A stretch of 64,000 bases of DNA, from assembly GCA_013265495.1 (NCBI GenBank), contig MU057930.1, forward strand, positions 884,057 through 948,056. The letters run 5' to 3'. Origin of the DNA: Vicugna vicugna (Eukaryota). Position 1 is the stretch's first letter. Every line of letters begins with the position of its first letter. The notes below the pieces were generated by a model. The model saw nothing but the letters and a program-made list of their open reading frames with translations. It ran no database searches and was not told where the DNA came from. Below, piece after piece: positions 25,561-38,517 of the stretch. The position numbers and the translations under genes are program-made.

Positions 25561-27989
25561 TAAACTATCAGTTACATACAAAGATCAAGGTATTAGAAAC
25601 CCCTGAGAACGTGACAAAAAAATAAAGTTTGTTACATTCATCGAGCGGATGTTACCTGGTCCGACACGAAATAACGTTTACCATCAGACTCACTGGCTGG
25701 CAAACAACGGCTCACTTTCACTTTTCCTTCCTGTGGTCCGGAGATGATCGCAGTTTGGAGATTATTTTGTAACTATCCCCAGTGTCTTACCCTATATGTG
25801 TTAGTCAGATTGCATTACGCACACAGGCACCGGGAATACATGTTGTGTATTGTACAATTATACTAGCCCCGCCCGCAGAAAGATGGAGAATTAAACAAGA
25901 AACGTTATGATGTCTTTCTTCCTAAGGGTTTCATGCTGTTTCCTTTTTTGAGATGAATCTGTTTGAGGAACTCTGTTGACGATTCTCTTGGAACAAGTCC
26001 ACGTGTCTGACTTGATCTTTACGTCCTTACGTGAGACGATGGGTGTGGATGAAGTTCTCATCGGGGGAGGGTGAGATACAATTATTCTTTATGATAAAAG
26101 TGGACTTCGCAGGAGAGAGGCCGCCTGATGGCAAAGTGTGACGTTCATAGGGAATTCAGTCCATGAAGTTCCACTTTGAAAACCTGAGTCCTTGCCGCAT
26201 TCAGACCGCTGGGCTCAGAGGGGTCATGCCCACGCTCCCAGGAGGACAGTCCCCTCTGTGTTCATGGCAGCGTGGGCTTGGCCATCGAGGGCCACCCTGA
26301 TGACATGTCTGTTGGGTCCAAGCCTCAGCGCTGTAACCAGGACAAGATTCGTACCAATGTGCTCGTCACAGGGGAACGCACGTGGGGCCCACTCTTAAAG
26401 CAAAGGTGTAACACATCACCCATTTTTCAACCCCGCCATCCTTCCAGACATCTCCCTCTCTCCATCCCATCCTCATCCTGCTAAAAGAGGACCACTGTCC
26501 CAGCCCCTCGGTCATCCCAGGACAGAGATCTTTGAAGGTGCAGAGAAGATTCCTGTGAATCAGACGGATCTTCATGCAGGTACCTCCACCACACCATCTG
26601 CTCTGATCTCTCCTTCCGTCCCTAGGAAGGTCTGTTTCTTCGGCGTACTCTCAGTGCCAACGTGACTCAGTCTTTTCCTCAAACTACTGTGGCAAAATAC
26701 GTCTTTAGCGCTCTGCATAGGTTATTGAAATTATCACAAGGATCGCATGGATGGCTCTAGCCGTAAAACGGATCTGGTCACTGACATGTTACTGCTCTGA
26801 GCTTTATTTTGCACACAGCCCCGGAAAGCTTATGGAAAAGCTTAGGCGGAAACTGTGTGTGTCTTGGTTTCCTATCTTTAATGTCACGTGCAATGTCATC
26901 TCCTTCCTGGAAGGACGTTGCTCATACACAGCAGCATGTGGCTGGTGTGGGCAGCACAAAAGTAGCTTCATCTTAAAAGCAAAACCGAAAACAAACGCTC
27001 CTTATTCTCATCCACGTTGGAACACGCTGACCACGCACGGCGTTGTCTATGACGCAAACAATTGCCTTCTTGCTTTCTTTGGATAATAGGTTTTACATTA
27101 TTTTAAGAGCAAAACGTGCCCACTTGGACCTCACTACAAAACCCAGTGTGCTTCATCCCGTTTGCCAAATAGCCCGGAGCCAGCACAACTTGCAAAGTTA
27201 GCTCATTTGCCGAGATCTGAGCGTTCCTGCAGCATTTCCCCACATTTCTACGTCCGTGTATACCTGACAGGTGTTCTGAACGCCAAAAAAAAAAAAATTC
27301 CTAAGTGGGTCGTCACGAGCAGGGAGATGGAAGCTGCCGTCTAGTACAATCATTGCTAATTCAAAATCCATCTAAACTCAAGCCATAAAATTTGAATTAA
27401 CAACTCTCTGGATGGGAGGAGGGAAATATATGAGCGTGCCTTTAGAAGCTCATAGAACATTATGAATCATTCTTTTTTTCCTTCAACTTAAGATCATGAA
27501 GACAATGAGAAAAAAAATGAAAAGGATTTGAGTCACGCCATCACATTCAGAGACAACGCAGTGGAGTGTACATGCAGGGAGCTGTAAAACCATCGCACGC
27601 AGAATCCCCTTTCAGGGACCGATGTAATTATAACTGATGTGATTGTAATTTCCGTGTATTTGATTGACGTGCATTGATGGAGCTCCCTGGATTACGGTTC
27701 CTCGCACAGGTCTTCCATCTCGGCGCAAGGGAGAATGGGCAACGTGAAAGCTGGGGAGGGAGAAGGTTGATCGGTCCGTGACTTTTATGGGGTGCTCGTT
27801 TGGAAGGTTTGGGGGAGCAGGCATGAGAGGGAACGTCATGGATCAGCAACCAGAGTTCAGACAGAGATGAGGAGAGACAACAGGCTACCATGCATTCCTT
27901 GCAGGGGGACGTGGTGACACCCATTTCCAGAAAGGACCACCACATGTTGGGAGGCAGAAGAACCAACGCTCGAGTTAGGGGTTTCCATA

Positions 27990-28386
27990 AACACTGCTAA
28001 GTGTGGCTGCCTTAACGAATATCCCCGTGCATTCGATAGATTTTCTCCCTCAGAGAGCGCTGAGTCTCGGAGAACGTCACTTGTGTTCACCGATGTCCTG
28101 TTTTCATGAACATAGCCTTGCTCTGGGTGTGTTTTCTTGTGTGCTTGTTTTCGGGGAAGCCATGGTGGGACTTGTCAGCCTCCAGACCTGCATGAGCCTA
28201 TTCCTCGTAATAAATCTCTGTATAGCTATATGTTTATCTGTGGCCGTCTGTGTATCTAAGTTTTTACCTGCATCCACATCCATAGATGTATCTAAACATT
28301 TACTTCCATCTATACTCGTTGCTCTGTCTATATTGATATAAATCCTATTGATGGATTTGTTTCTCTGGAGAAGCCTGAAAAGTACA
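27990..28386. mobile_element. MLT2 (ERVL) LTR fragment
   Basis: cttgtcagcctcca...tgagcctattcctcgtaataaatctct...cctattg..tgtttctctggagaagcctgaaaagtaca. Confidence 0.7.
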
Positions 28387-29999
28387 ATATTATTCCTCGT
28401 AGACTGTCTTGGAAGGTGACTGAGGATGGACTGAAAAGAAACGCTTTCCCAAACCAGTTACCCGTTAGAAGGAGGAGCAGATCTTTAAAGCTAGCAAGAG
28501 GGAAAAACGAAGAAAAGGAAATATTGGACAGAGATACTGTGTGCTTTAAAAGGTGGGGGGGGGACTGAAAACACAAAGCCAACAGCCTCAGGAAACGTCA
28601 GTTTCCAGCGGCAATCGCTCTGTTCTGGTGCCTTTCGGCTCCGTGTTTGTTCTCGTACCGAGAGCCGTGTGAGATTTGAAACAGGACCTTCTCTTTTGTG
28701 TGTTCCCCAGTTGCCAACGTGAAGATGTTTGAGATTTCTTTATGAATTTATTAATCTTTTACTTCTTATCGGGGACAGGTCTTGCCTCTTTGCAGAGCAT
28801 CAGACCGGGCACGCAGAGACGTGTGTGTGTGTGCGCGCGACGTGCCTGTGTGATCTTTTCCGTAGCGAGATTCAGGGTTGGGATGGGACATCCATGTCCA
28901 GGCTATGGACATCTGTCATCAGCTAAGCTCTTGCCTCTGGCTAGTCCTGAGGCACACACATCTTTATGACAGCCACGAGCTCTTCACAGAGAAGTCACCC
29001 TTTTCCTCACATTAGAAGACACGGCAGCTTGGCAAATGCATTTTTCTACAATGATGGTCTGTCATATTTTAGAACGATTGTCAGTATTTCTTTTCCCATC
29101 AGCCTGCTTGCAGGGTTGGTCTCAAGGGTTGGGCACCATCACCTACAGGTGTGAGGTTTAAATGGACAGGATTTAACCATGTCAGGAGATGTCCGTCAGC
29201 CCGACCTCTGGGTTATGCTAACAACCCCCTGATGCCCCCCGTCCTTCTGTGTCGTGCTGTGAAATGACACGTGCGTTCCCCCGGCTGCCCGTGGTCCACC
29301 CCTCAGCACGGGACCGGAAGCAGCTTGTCTGCTGGCAGATGCAACCTGTCCGAGTCAAGCCCCACCACTGTCTGCTGGGCTCTGCGTCCCCGCTGAAGCT
29401 CCTACACCTCACTTTTCTCATCCGTGAGGTGCTCATTGATGCGGCAGATGACGATTGGGTGGAATGACACGTGAAAACCGGCCAGCACGTGGGACTCCTC
29501 GGACACTAACCTGTAACCTCTGGCTGAGAGAAACACCGAATGTGGAGGGGTAGGGTCAAGACATGAGCAGGAGGAATCTTCAAAGCAGGGGAGCCCTCCC
29601 TGACTCGCATGAAGCCGTGATGCAACAGCAAACCTCGGATTGATTTCTGAGGCCACCAGCGTTTCTTTTTTTAATTAAAAAAACATTTTGCCCCAGTTTT
29701 AAGATATAATCAACGTATACCATGGTATTAGTTTAAAGGGTACAAGATAGTGATTTGATATATGTATATATTCAGAAACGCCCACCACAATATATGTTGA
29801 GTTAACATCCAGTTTCAAAATCACGTGAAATAAAGACATTTTATTATATTATAATAAGTATGTTATTTATAATGTGACATTATCATCTCTATAATTATGC
29901 TACATTTGTATACATTTTATTACATTGTATATGCAACATATAGTTTATATGCATCATGTAATTCTGTATTTATATAACGTATATTTATTATCTTTGTTC

Positions 30000-30510
30000 A
30001 TTTATTTTTAATTGAACTGCTGTCAGTTACTATGTGTCCGTCTCTGGTGCACAGCACAGTGTCCCAGTCATGCATATACATACATATGTTCGTTTTCACA
30101 CTCTTTTTCATTAAAGGTTATTACAGGATATTGAATATAGTTACATGTGCTCTGCAGAAGACATTGGTTTCCTGTCCACTTTTGTATATAGTGGTTAACC
30201 TTTGCAAACTTCAAACCCCCAGATTTATCCCTTCCCTGCCCCCTTTCCCCCGGTAACCATAAGATTGTTTCCTATGTCTGCAAGTCTGTTTCTGTTTTGT
30301 AGATGAGTTCATGAGTGTCCTCTTTTTCCTTTTTTTTTACATTCCACACCTGAGTGATATCATGTGATATTTTTCTTTCTCTTTCGGGCTTACTTCACTG
30401 AATAAAGAAGACGTGATATATTTATACAAAGGAATACTACTCAGTGATAAAAAAGAATAAAATAATGCCATTTGCAGCAACACAGAGGGACCAAGAGATT
30501 GTCATTCTAT
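30000..30510 (-). mobile_element. L1 3' end with 5' inversion
   Basis: Antisense L1 3'UTR at 30000-30400 joined to sense L1 (ataaagaagacgtg..gaatactactcag..tgccatttgcagcaac) at 30401-30510. Confidence 0.8.
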
Positions 30511-30775
30511 ATAACATAAATTTGTTTATCTGTTACATGTATCATGTATTATATTGTATTAAATACTATACATAATATTATATACTATGCATAATATTAT
30601 ATATTCTACATGATATTCAATATTATATACAGTAATATATTCACATAACATTATATATTATACATAATATATTAACATAACATTATATATTATACATAAT
30701 ACATTAAATGTCATAATATAATACAATATAGATAAAATTGCATTAAAATTGTATATACCTAATTATGTAATATTT
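30510..30775. repeat. AT-rich (TA/TAT/ACATA) low-complexity tract
   Basis: Directly visible. Confidence 0.9.
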
Positions 30776-30779
30776 TGGT

Positions 30780-31270
30780 ATGATGAGAAAGCTTCAGTAG
30801 ACTTACCATGGTGATCATGTCGAAATGTACAGAAGTATTGAGTCACTATGTCGTGTAACAGGAGCTAACGCAGTGCTGTAGGTTGATTATATTTGAAAAA
30901 CAAAGAAACACACTCATAGAAAAAGAGACCAGATTTGCAGTTCCCAGAGGGGCGGGATGGAGGGGGAATGGATGACGGCGGTCAGAAGGTACACACTTCC
31001 AGTTACATGATAAATCAGTTCGACGTAAGGTACACGATACAGAGTGAGCACTGCGGTGTGTTACATAGAAAGTTTGTTCAGAGAGTCAATTCTAAGAGTT
31101 CTCATCACAGGAAAAAAATTTTTCTAAAATTTCTTAAACTTTGTATCTAGATGAGCTGAGGGAGGTTCACTAAATGTACGGTGGTCATCACTTCATGACG
31201 TACGTAAGTCAAATCGTTGCTTCGTACACCTGAAACTTACACAGTGTGTATGTCAATTATGTCTCTGGAA
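30780..31270 (+). mobile_element. Old L1 (L1MB-like) 3'UTR
   Basis: ggtcagaaggtacacacttccagttac...taagagttctcatcacagg...tacacctgaaacttacacagtgtgtatgtcaattat. Confidence 0.8.
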
Positions 31271-32589
31271 GAAAGACATGTTAATGTACTTAAATTTATG
31301 ACATTATAAACTATAAAAAAATAACCCATGTGACCTTGGTACAAGTCTGATCAATTACAAATGATATCTGACTGGTAGAAAAAAAAATGACTCCCTAATG
31401 AAAAACATATATATGAAAATGAACATGTGTATGTATGTGCATGACTGGGACACTGTGCTGCGCACCAGAGGCTGACACATTGTAACTGACTGCACTTCAA
31501 TTAAAATAAAAAATAAGACTCCCAAACTTACTATTGCATTGTCCTGTAGGATTTTTAACTAGTTTTGCATTTAATTTACCAAAATGATTTCAGCGCATTT
31601 TCCCAGGCATTCCATAAATATTTGTACCTCACATGCTCATCTGAAACAATTTTATCACTCCCACGCTTGCTCTGTTAATGAGTTCAGTAAATACCTGGCT
31701 TGTCCATACTGTGCATTGCATTTCAAAGATAATCCGGTTCTCCACGGTTTGAACGTCACGCTTTGCCAGCCTGGGGGATATGATTACTATGAGAACCAGC
31801 TGTGCGATCAGGGGGTTACATTCTGGTCTCTGTTTTCCGTGCTGAGTAAACTTGGGCACGTTCTCGTCTCTAAACCCCTCAGCATCCTCATGTCCAAGAA
31901 GAAGTTGAGATGCAACAAAGTGTTTCTAGTGTTGGAATGCGTGGTCCAAGGCGTGAGACCCACAGGTGTTCGCTGTAGTGTGTTTCCAGCTGTCGTGTTT
32001 GTGCTGGTGTTTTTAGATCATAAGGCAGAATAGCCCCCTCCTATTCCTTGTGGTTGTACCGCCCTCTGAATTTCAGAGCAAAGAGAGAGCTGTGCTGTTA
32101 TTCATTAGAAGGATGTATGACTAGAAGGTGGGGGAAAGGAAACCACTGAGATGGGGGGGGGGAAGTGCCCAGGACGCAAAACATGATCTAAAAACGGAAC
32201 ATGATTGATCTGGATGGTAAAGGTTGATGGAGCCTCACTGGGCTGTGGGGTGACACGACCCTGGCATTAACATCCCCCACTTCTCCTCCCTCCTGTGGTG
32301 ACGACACGAATATCTGGTGGCCCTTTTCCCAGCAAAGACTAGTCTTAGCCTCAGGTGTTTGGGCAATACGGTTCTGCAGGCAGCCCCAGTTGGTGTGCAA
32401 AGCTGGTCTGTGACAGGAAACATCTGTCTCCATTTTTTTTTTTCTCCACTGGTACTGGCAACTCAGGAAATGGCTTCCAGACACCTTCTAGATTCAACCC
32501 TGATCAGAAAACTGATCGACATCTGGATGTCTGTTTTAATAGTTTATGGAGAAACAGAGCAGATATGTGGCGGGCAGAGGTGGGGCTGG

Positions 32590-32890
32590 TCAGGGTAGGG
32601 GTGGAATTTGTGGAGGGGGGTCAAAAGGTGCAAAGTTCCACTTATAAATCATCCCGGGGATGTCAAGCGCAACACGGTGACTAAAATTAACAACGTTATA
32701 TTGTGTACCTGAGTGTTGCTAAAAATTCTCATCAGAAGAAAAACACATTTCTAACCACGTGAGGTGATGGCTAACCAAACCGACTGTGGTCATCATTTCA
32801 CATTCTATACGTGTATCAAATCATTATGTTGTACACTTTAAATGGATAGAATGTTATGTACCAACTGCATCTTATTTAAAACTGGGGTAA
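32590..32890 (+). mobile_element. Old L1 (L1MB-like) 3'UTR
   Basis: gggtcaaaaggtgcaaagttccacttataaat...tatcaaatcattatgttgtacacttta. Confidence 0.75.
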
Positions 32891-34469
32891 ATAAGTTGTG
32901 AAGTTCTTACAGTTGCAAACCCAGAACATGGGTTCTCACAATTCCTGAGCCCAGAGAGAAACATGTAGGAATTCTGTGAATCAGTTGGAAATCGCTAAGC
33001 CATACAAGCTTTTTGTGGCTGCGTAGTATTCCAATCTATGTGTTTATCTTAATTTAGCCGATATCTAAATGTTCTAGATTTAGGTGGAGTTTTGTTTTGT
33101 TTTTTTTTGACTAAAAAAATGTAACAAATATTTTGAGGATCTACTTTTGTGCAATGTCCAGTGGTATACACAGGACAACTTTTATGCAGTGAAATATCTG
33201 GATTAAAGATTAAAGGCATATCTAAATATAGAGGCTTTAGAAGAATATGTATGAATTTCCCTTCAGAAAAGCTGTTTTCGCTTACAGTCCTTATATCCAT
33301 GTGTGTCATTGTCTGCTTTCAGCTCTCTTCATCCAAATTTGGTCATTTTCTTCATTAAAAATGCCAACTTAATAGCCGGGTTTTGCATCTGACCCTGAAT
33401 GTTTGCTTTACAATGTTTATTGATGTTTGGTGTTTTATCGTTGGTTTAAATATTCAGAAGTTTCTCTGTTTGCTTTTAGTTTATATTGTGGTTCCTGCAA
33501 CATCTAGATTTTTGGAGATTTGCTCTTCCAAATATTTTGATAAGTGGTAAATATTTGTTTTCATTCTGTTTATGGTTTATCTACGAAGTTGATGGTGGTT
33601 TCTGGGCATTGATTTACAATTATACTTATTTATAGATCTCTGTGTCACATAGTAAATGGCCAAATGCAATTTTGTTGCAAATCACTAGCCAAAGGCACTG
33701 ATGAAATTTAATCAATAATTCTCGAAGGGATTCCTTCTCGCTAAGGACATTTCTGTGAGAGAAGGAGAAGGGGGGCTGAAGTCACTTGGGCATGGAGCAA
33801 TTATCAAAGAGGACCTTCTCTCGTGCCCGACCCCCCATGACTTCATACAGGGGATGCCTGCCACCCACATCCTGCCCGATTTAGTCAAAAGATAGTGGAG
33901 GATGCAGGAAGCCAGGGTTGTTTTGATTCCCCCGCTGGCTCTTTTGTTTTCCCCACAAAGTTTCCTTCCCCGTTTGAGAGGTGGCTTCCTGGGATGTCTT
34001 CTCGAGTTAACGATCTCCTTTCTCCCCTGTTCTCTTGCATAATTGGGCAGAGAAAGGTCTCCTTCCCCACGGACGCTTCTGTTCCCCTCCTGGTGTCGGG
34101 GGAGGGGAAAGGATTTCCGAGGAGAGATTGTCCTAGTACCAAGACGCACCGATATGCAGGTTTCTGGAAAGTCAAAGTCTGCTGGGGAGACAGCAGAGAG
34201 TTGGAAACTGGTAGGGTGTCGGGTAAGACCTCCTCTGCGCCTAGACGTAGGGCGCTGGGGAGAGAAAAGAAATCCAGCCGCAAACATTTTTTAATGGATG
34301 TTTTCAGACTCTGCGATATTAAAGGATGATCGCCACTTCTCTCTTTGCAAATGTGTCAAGATTGCACATGCAGCCCCCCTGGGAATGGGACTCATTCGAT
34401 TCAGAGAATTAGGATGGAGTCCCTTCTCCCATACCTAATATTTAGCATCTGAAATGAGGTTTTCAGAGG

Positions 34470-34737
34470 TCAAAAACAAACTTGTGCGTACCAGGGGGGA
34501 AAGAGGGTGGGGAGGGATAAATTGGGAGTTCGAGATTTGCAGATACACACTGCAGTATATAAAATAGATGAACAAGTTTATACCGTGTAGCACAGGGAAC
34601 TATATTCAATATTTTGTAGTAACATGGTTAAAAAGAAAATGAAAACAAATATATGAATGTTCCTATGTAACTGAAGCACGTGCTGTCCGTTGGAGGTTGA
34701 CACAGCATTGTAACTTGACTCTACTTCAGTTAAAAAC
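34470..34737 (+). mobile_element. L1 3' end fragment
   Basis: gggataaattgggagttcgagatttgcagatac...gcacagggaactatattcaata...ttgtaacttgactctacttcagttaaaaa. Confidence 0.88.
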
Positions 34738-35681
34738 AAAAGGCACTTCCCTCTACTTCTATTTGAAGCATTTTGAAAAAATGATTTCCACCCCACCCTC
34801 CACTTTGTATAGTATTTCCAAATAAGGTCCTGGGCAGAGGCACTGAGATTTAAGGCTTCAACATTGCCTTTGGGGGACACAATTCAATTCATAACAATAT
34901 TCCTCAGGTTCTCCTACCATCATCATTCATGGAAAACACTTTAGGTCTGTTTTTGCCACTTGATTTTCATCCCAGGAAATGGGCGCAAAACTCCTGGCTT
35001 AGAACAAACTAAGGGGGTCATTTTCAATTGGAGAGTGAACGTGTCATGTGTAATGAATATGGAGCCTTAAGGGATGAAAATGATGCAGAAACTGAAGGCT
35101 GGAAGCACTGGACACCCCGGCTCGGGTCCCAGAAAAAAAAGAAAGTGTCTTCCCGAGAGGCAGGTGTTGTTAGGTTCCCCATTCCAAAAGGTAATCGTGG
35201 GCATTGAATGGGTTTTTATTCCCTGTCCCCAGCCTACGCCTGGTTGCAATGTGAGGCAGGATGGCTTTGGTGGGAAAAGCCATAAAACCAAAGGAGCCGT
35301 TCTGAAGTACCATTCGACAGACAGCTTCAGATGGGAGAGTGATGCGGTCGTCAAGGCTGTCACACCGAACAGAAAGGCGGAGGCACGGAGAGTAACTTGT
35401 ACAGCTCTCCCCGGGGGCTCGAGCGTCTGATTGAGATGCTGAAGGGGAAAAAAATTTAAAAAGCCTTTGAGAACTGGCAGTTTGACCGACATCCACAAAA
35501 CACGATGGGATAGGCAGCTGCTGATCAGAATCCCTGATTCACTGGGCGGGGTGGTCCAAGTGGTCCAGCCCTGGTCAAGAGGAAAAGTGAGGTCTCATAA
35601 ATGCAGGACTCAGGACTGAGTGTGTTCAAATGCACACTCAGCTCGCTCTGCTGGCTTCATTTCCTCTTCATGGTCAGCCTC

Positions 35682-36112
35682 TGTATTCATCTGCTAGGGC
35701 TGCGCTAACGCAGGGCTGCCTGCTGGGTGGCTTACAACAATGAGAATGCATCATCTTAGAGGTATAGAGGTGAGAGGTTTGGTGTCGGGGTGTCACGACA
35801 CGGCTCTGAAACTCTGGGGAGAACCCTTCCTTGCTCCGTCTGCCTTTCCCTGATGTCTGTTCATCCTTGGCATCTCTTGGCTTGTAAATGTGTCCCTCCC
35901 GTCTCTGCCCCCCGTCTTCACGTGGCTGCGTAGCCCACCCTTCAAGTGGCCCTTCTCTTAATAGGACACCAGTCATGTTGTGTTAAGAGTCCATCCTTCA
36001 GCTAATGCCGTCGGCAAAGACCCCACTTCCAAACGAGGTTGTGTTCGGGGATCCTCAGGGTTAGAGCTTCCACAAGCCTTTTGGGGGGGCGACACTGCTC
36101 AGCTGATGACGG
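35682..36112. mobile_element. MLT1 (MaLR) LTR
   Basis: tgtattcatctgctagggctgc...ggtggcttacaacaa...ggggagaacccttccttg...taataggacaccagtcat...ggcaaagaccccacttccaaacgagg. Confidence 0.8.
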
Positions 36113-37971
36113 CCTCCATCAAAAACAACCCAATAAAATCCAATCAGCTTTTGAGACCTTGAGGACCAACCTCCGTATAAGTGCCTTCCCTAAATACTCG
36201 AGCCCACATTCACAGCTCTGCTTTCCAGAAAAACGCATAAAACTTAATACCCAATGAATGTGTAATCTTTTCCCGATTGTCTTATCCTTTGATGGAGAAT
36301 GCTAACTTCTTGAGAACAAGGAAATATTCTTAGAGGAGCTTCGTTCTCCCACAAATCCTAAACAAGTAACAACAAGAAAAAAATAAACAAGCTTTCCAGC
36401 TTTTAGAGAGATGTAGGCTGGACCATCACTAGTAAGAGATGTTCTGTACAAAATACGATGCAATATTCCTTTGATCTGGTCACTCACGCCCCCTCCTTGT
36501 GAGACGGGGGTCCAGGGAGGTGGTTTTTCTTGTAACTCACTCACAGTTTGAGTTGTTAAACAACCAGCTGTGTTGCTTAAGTTCAGGGTGACTACGCCAT
36601 GGCACAGTGCTGAAATCGGGGCGATGCGAAGGTTGCCTCCTGCTGTCTGCTGTCTGCACGCCCAACCTGGCTCCGTCGGCCATGGTCTTGCTTCCAGTCC
36701 ATCCTCAAGGGCTGTGGTCGTGCTGGGAAGACCAGAATTCTGGCCTCCTCTGGTGCATCCAGAGAGAAACACGATCCGTTGCATCTCTGCTGAGCCTCAC
36801 GGTTTCCCTGACTCTAGTCTGACAATTATTTACTGTGCAGGTGAAAAACAAAACAAAACAAAACACCACCAGGATAATCCCAGTGAAGACCAACTCCACT
36901 GATGCAAAGAGCCGTGTTATTAAGGTGTTGGCATCTTGCGGGGGGAAATGGGGAACACGTAGCGTTGTGTCATGTTGCAAGTCAGAGAGAAGACTGGGTT
37001 CCCATCACGGAGGGAAGGTGCGCGGGCAGATCATGTCACTGTGGATGCTTCTGTGCGTTGATCGGGATTCTGAGCCCAGCTGAGTGAAGCGTTTTAGGGG
37101 TTGACCACGGCACCCAGGAATGGTGAGGCCGGTAAGAATCCACTGGTCTTCCGCTGAATACGATCCAGCGTACACTCACCTGTGAAAGACAAATAGGGAT
37201 TCACGTTGCTGCCAAAAGGTCCCCACTGCTGCTTGGAACATGGCCCCAGGCTGCCCGCATCACAGCCTGCACTTTCAGGAAAGAATAGTTTCTTCAATAC
37301 GATGTGTTAGGGGGAAAAAAAAAAAAAGATGGGTCAGGCATTAACTCTAGAGCTTTCTAGTCACTTGGCCACAGTGTTGTAACTTGGTTTGGAACTTTCA
37401 GCCCAGTTTCTGGAGAGAGGTTACCACCGATCTGGCCGGAGCCGGGGTGAGAATGGAGTTGCCTGGTTCCGTGGTTATCAATGCCTTTTGTTTATTTCTG
37501 GATATTGTCTGGCCTGTGTCAACAAGATAAGATGTTTTAAAATTTTTTTGGAAAGGGTGATTTATCAGAAGACAAAGCAGAGACGTGAACTATCCCCTAG
37601 TCCCTATGTCGGAGTAAAGACACGGGTGTGGACATTATTTAGTTCGTGGGCTCTGGTGGATTTAAGCAAGACGGGGCGCCAGGTGCAACCTCTGGGCGGC
37701 AAGTTTTTCTCTGCTCTGGTCCCTTGTGCCTCACACGTGCATGTTGGTTCTGCCTTTGTGATTTATGAACCGTAATTTTCTGACATTCTAGGAACGTATT
37801 TTTAAGGATGCCCCATCACATGTGACCTGTAGGAAAGCAGTGAGGTCGTGTCACCGAGCAGGGCTCTCCACAGCCTTCCTGGGAGAGACCCCGCCATCCC
37901 GTCCTCTGCCTGGCTCTTCTTTGCAGATAACCTTTAGCCTCTTAATCATTCCCCCAGTTCCAAAGAATGAA

Positions 37972-38517
37972 TGTAATCAGGGAATTGAGAAAATGCACCA
38001 AGAAACTTAAACAGTCCGAGCAAGACAAGGGAATAATAGTTTAGGCATTAAACAGAGTCACGGACCTTTAGTTCCTACTCACGGGCTGCACGTAATGACC
38101 TGAAGCCTTTGAGTTGCTTTGCAAATACTGAAACTCCCACCAGGTGGGAGACATTAACTCCATGATGACCGGACGGTAGTCATGACAGAAGATGCTCCAT
38201 CTTGCACAATTCTGACAGGAAGGGGGAACAAACCGACCCTGGAACTGCAGATGAACTGTGCTTAAAACAATTAAGATGTTGCTGACCAGATGGCCACATG
38301 ACCAGTTTCAATATGATTGTCAGAGCTGACTTGAGGCTCCCCCTGAAAAGCTCCTGGCCCCTGATCAACAGTGGGGCGTTGGTTCTTTGGGGCATGAGTC
38401 CGCCTTCTCCCCAGGACTGCTGCCTTCCTCGGGAAAGCTGTCTTGCCTTTTTTCTGACACGTGCCTTACAGTATTGGATTCTTCATCCACATGCAGGCAA
38501 ACATGAGTTCAGTAACA
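37972..38517 (+). mobile_element. ERV1-type solo LTR
   Basis: TGTAA...GTAACA termini, ~545 bp; shares motifs (gggctgcacgt, ctttgag, cccaccagg) with the LTR at ~48975. Confidence 0.7.

Noticed and set aside
33712..34329. Longest ORF in the window (191 aa) and overlapping ORFs
   Set aside because: No recognisable domain and ORFs on both strands; consistent with chance in locally GC-rich sequence.
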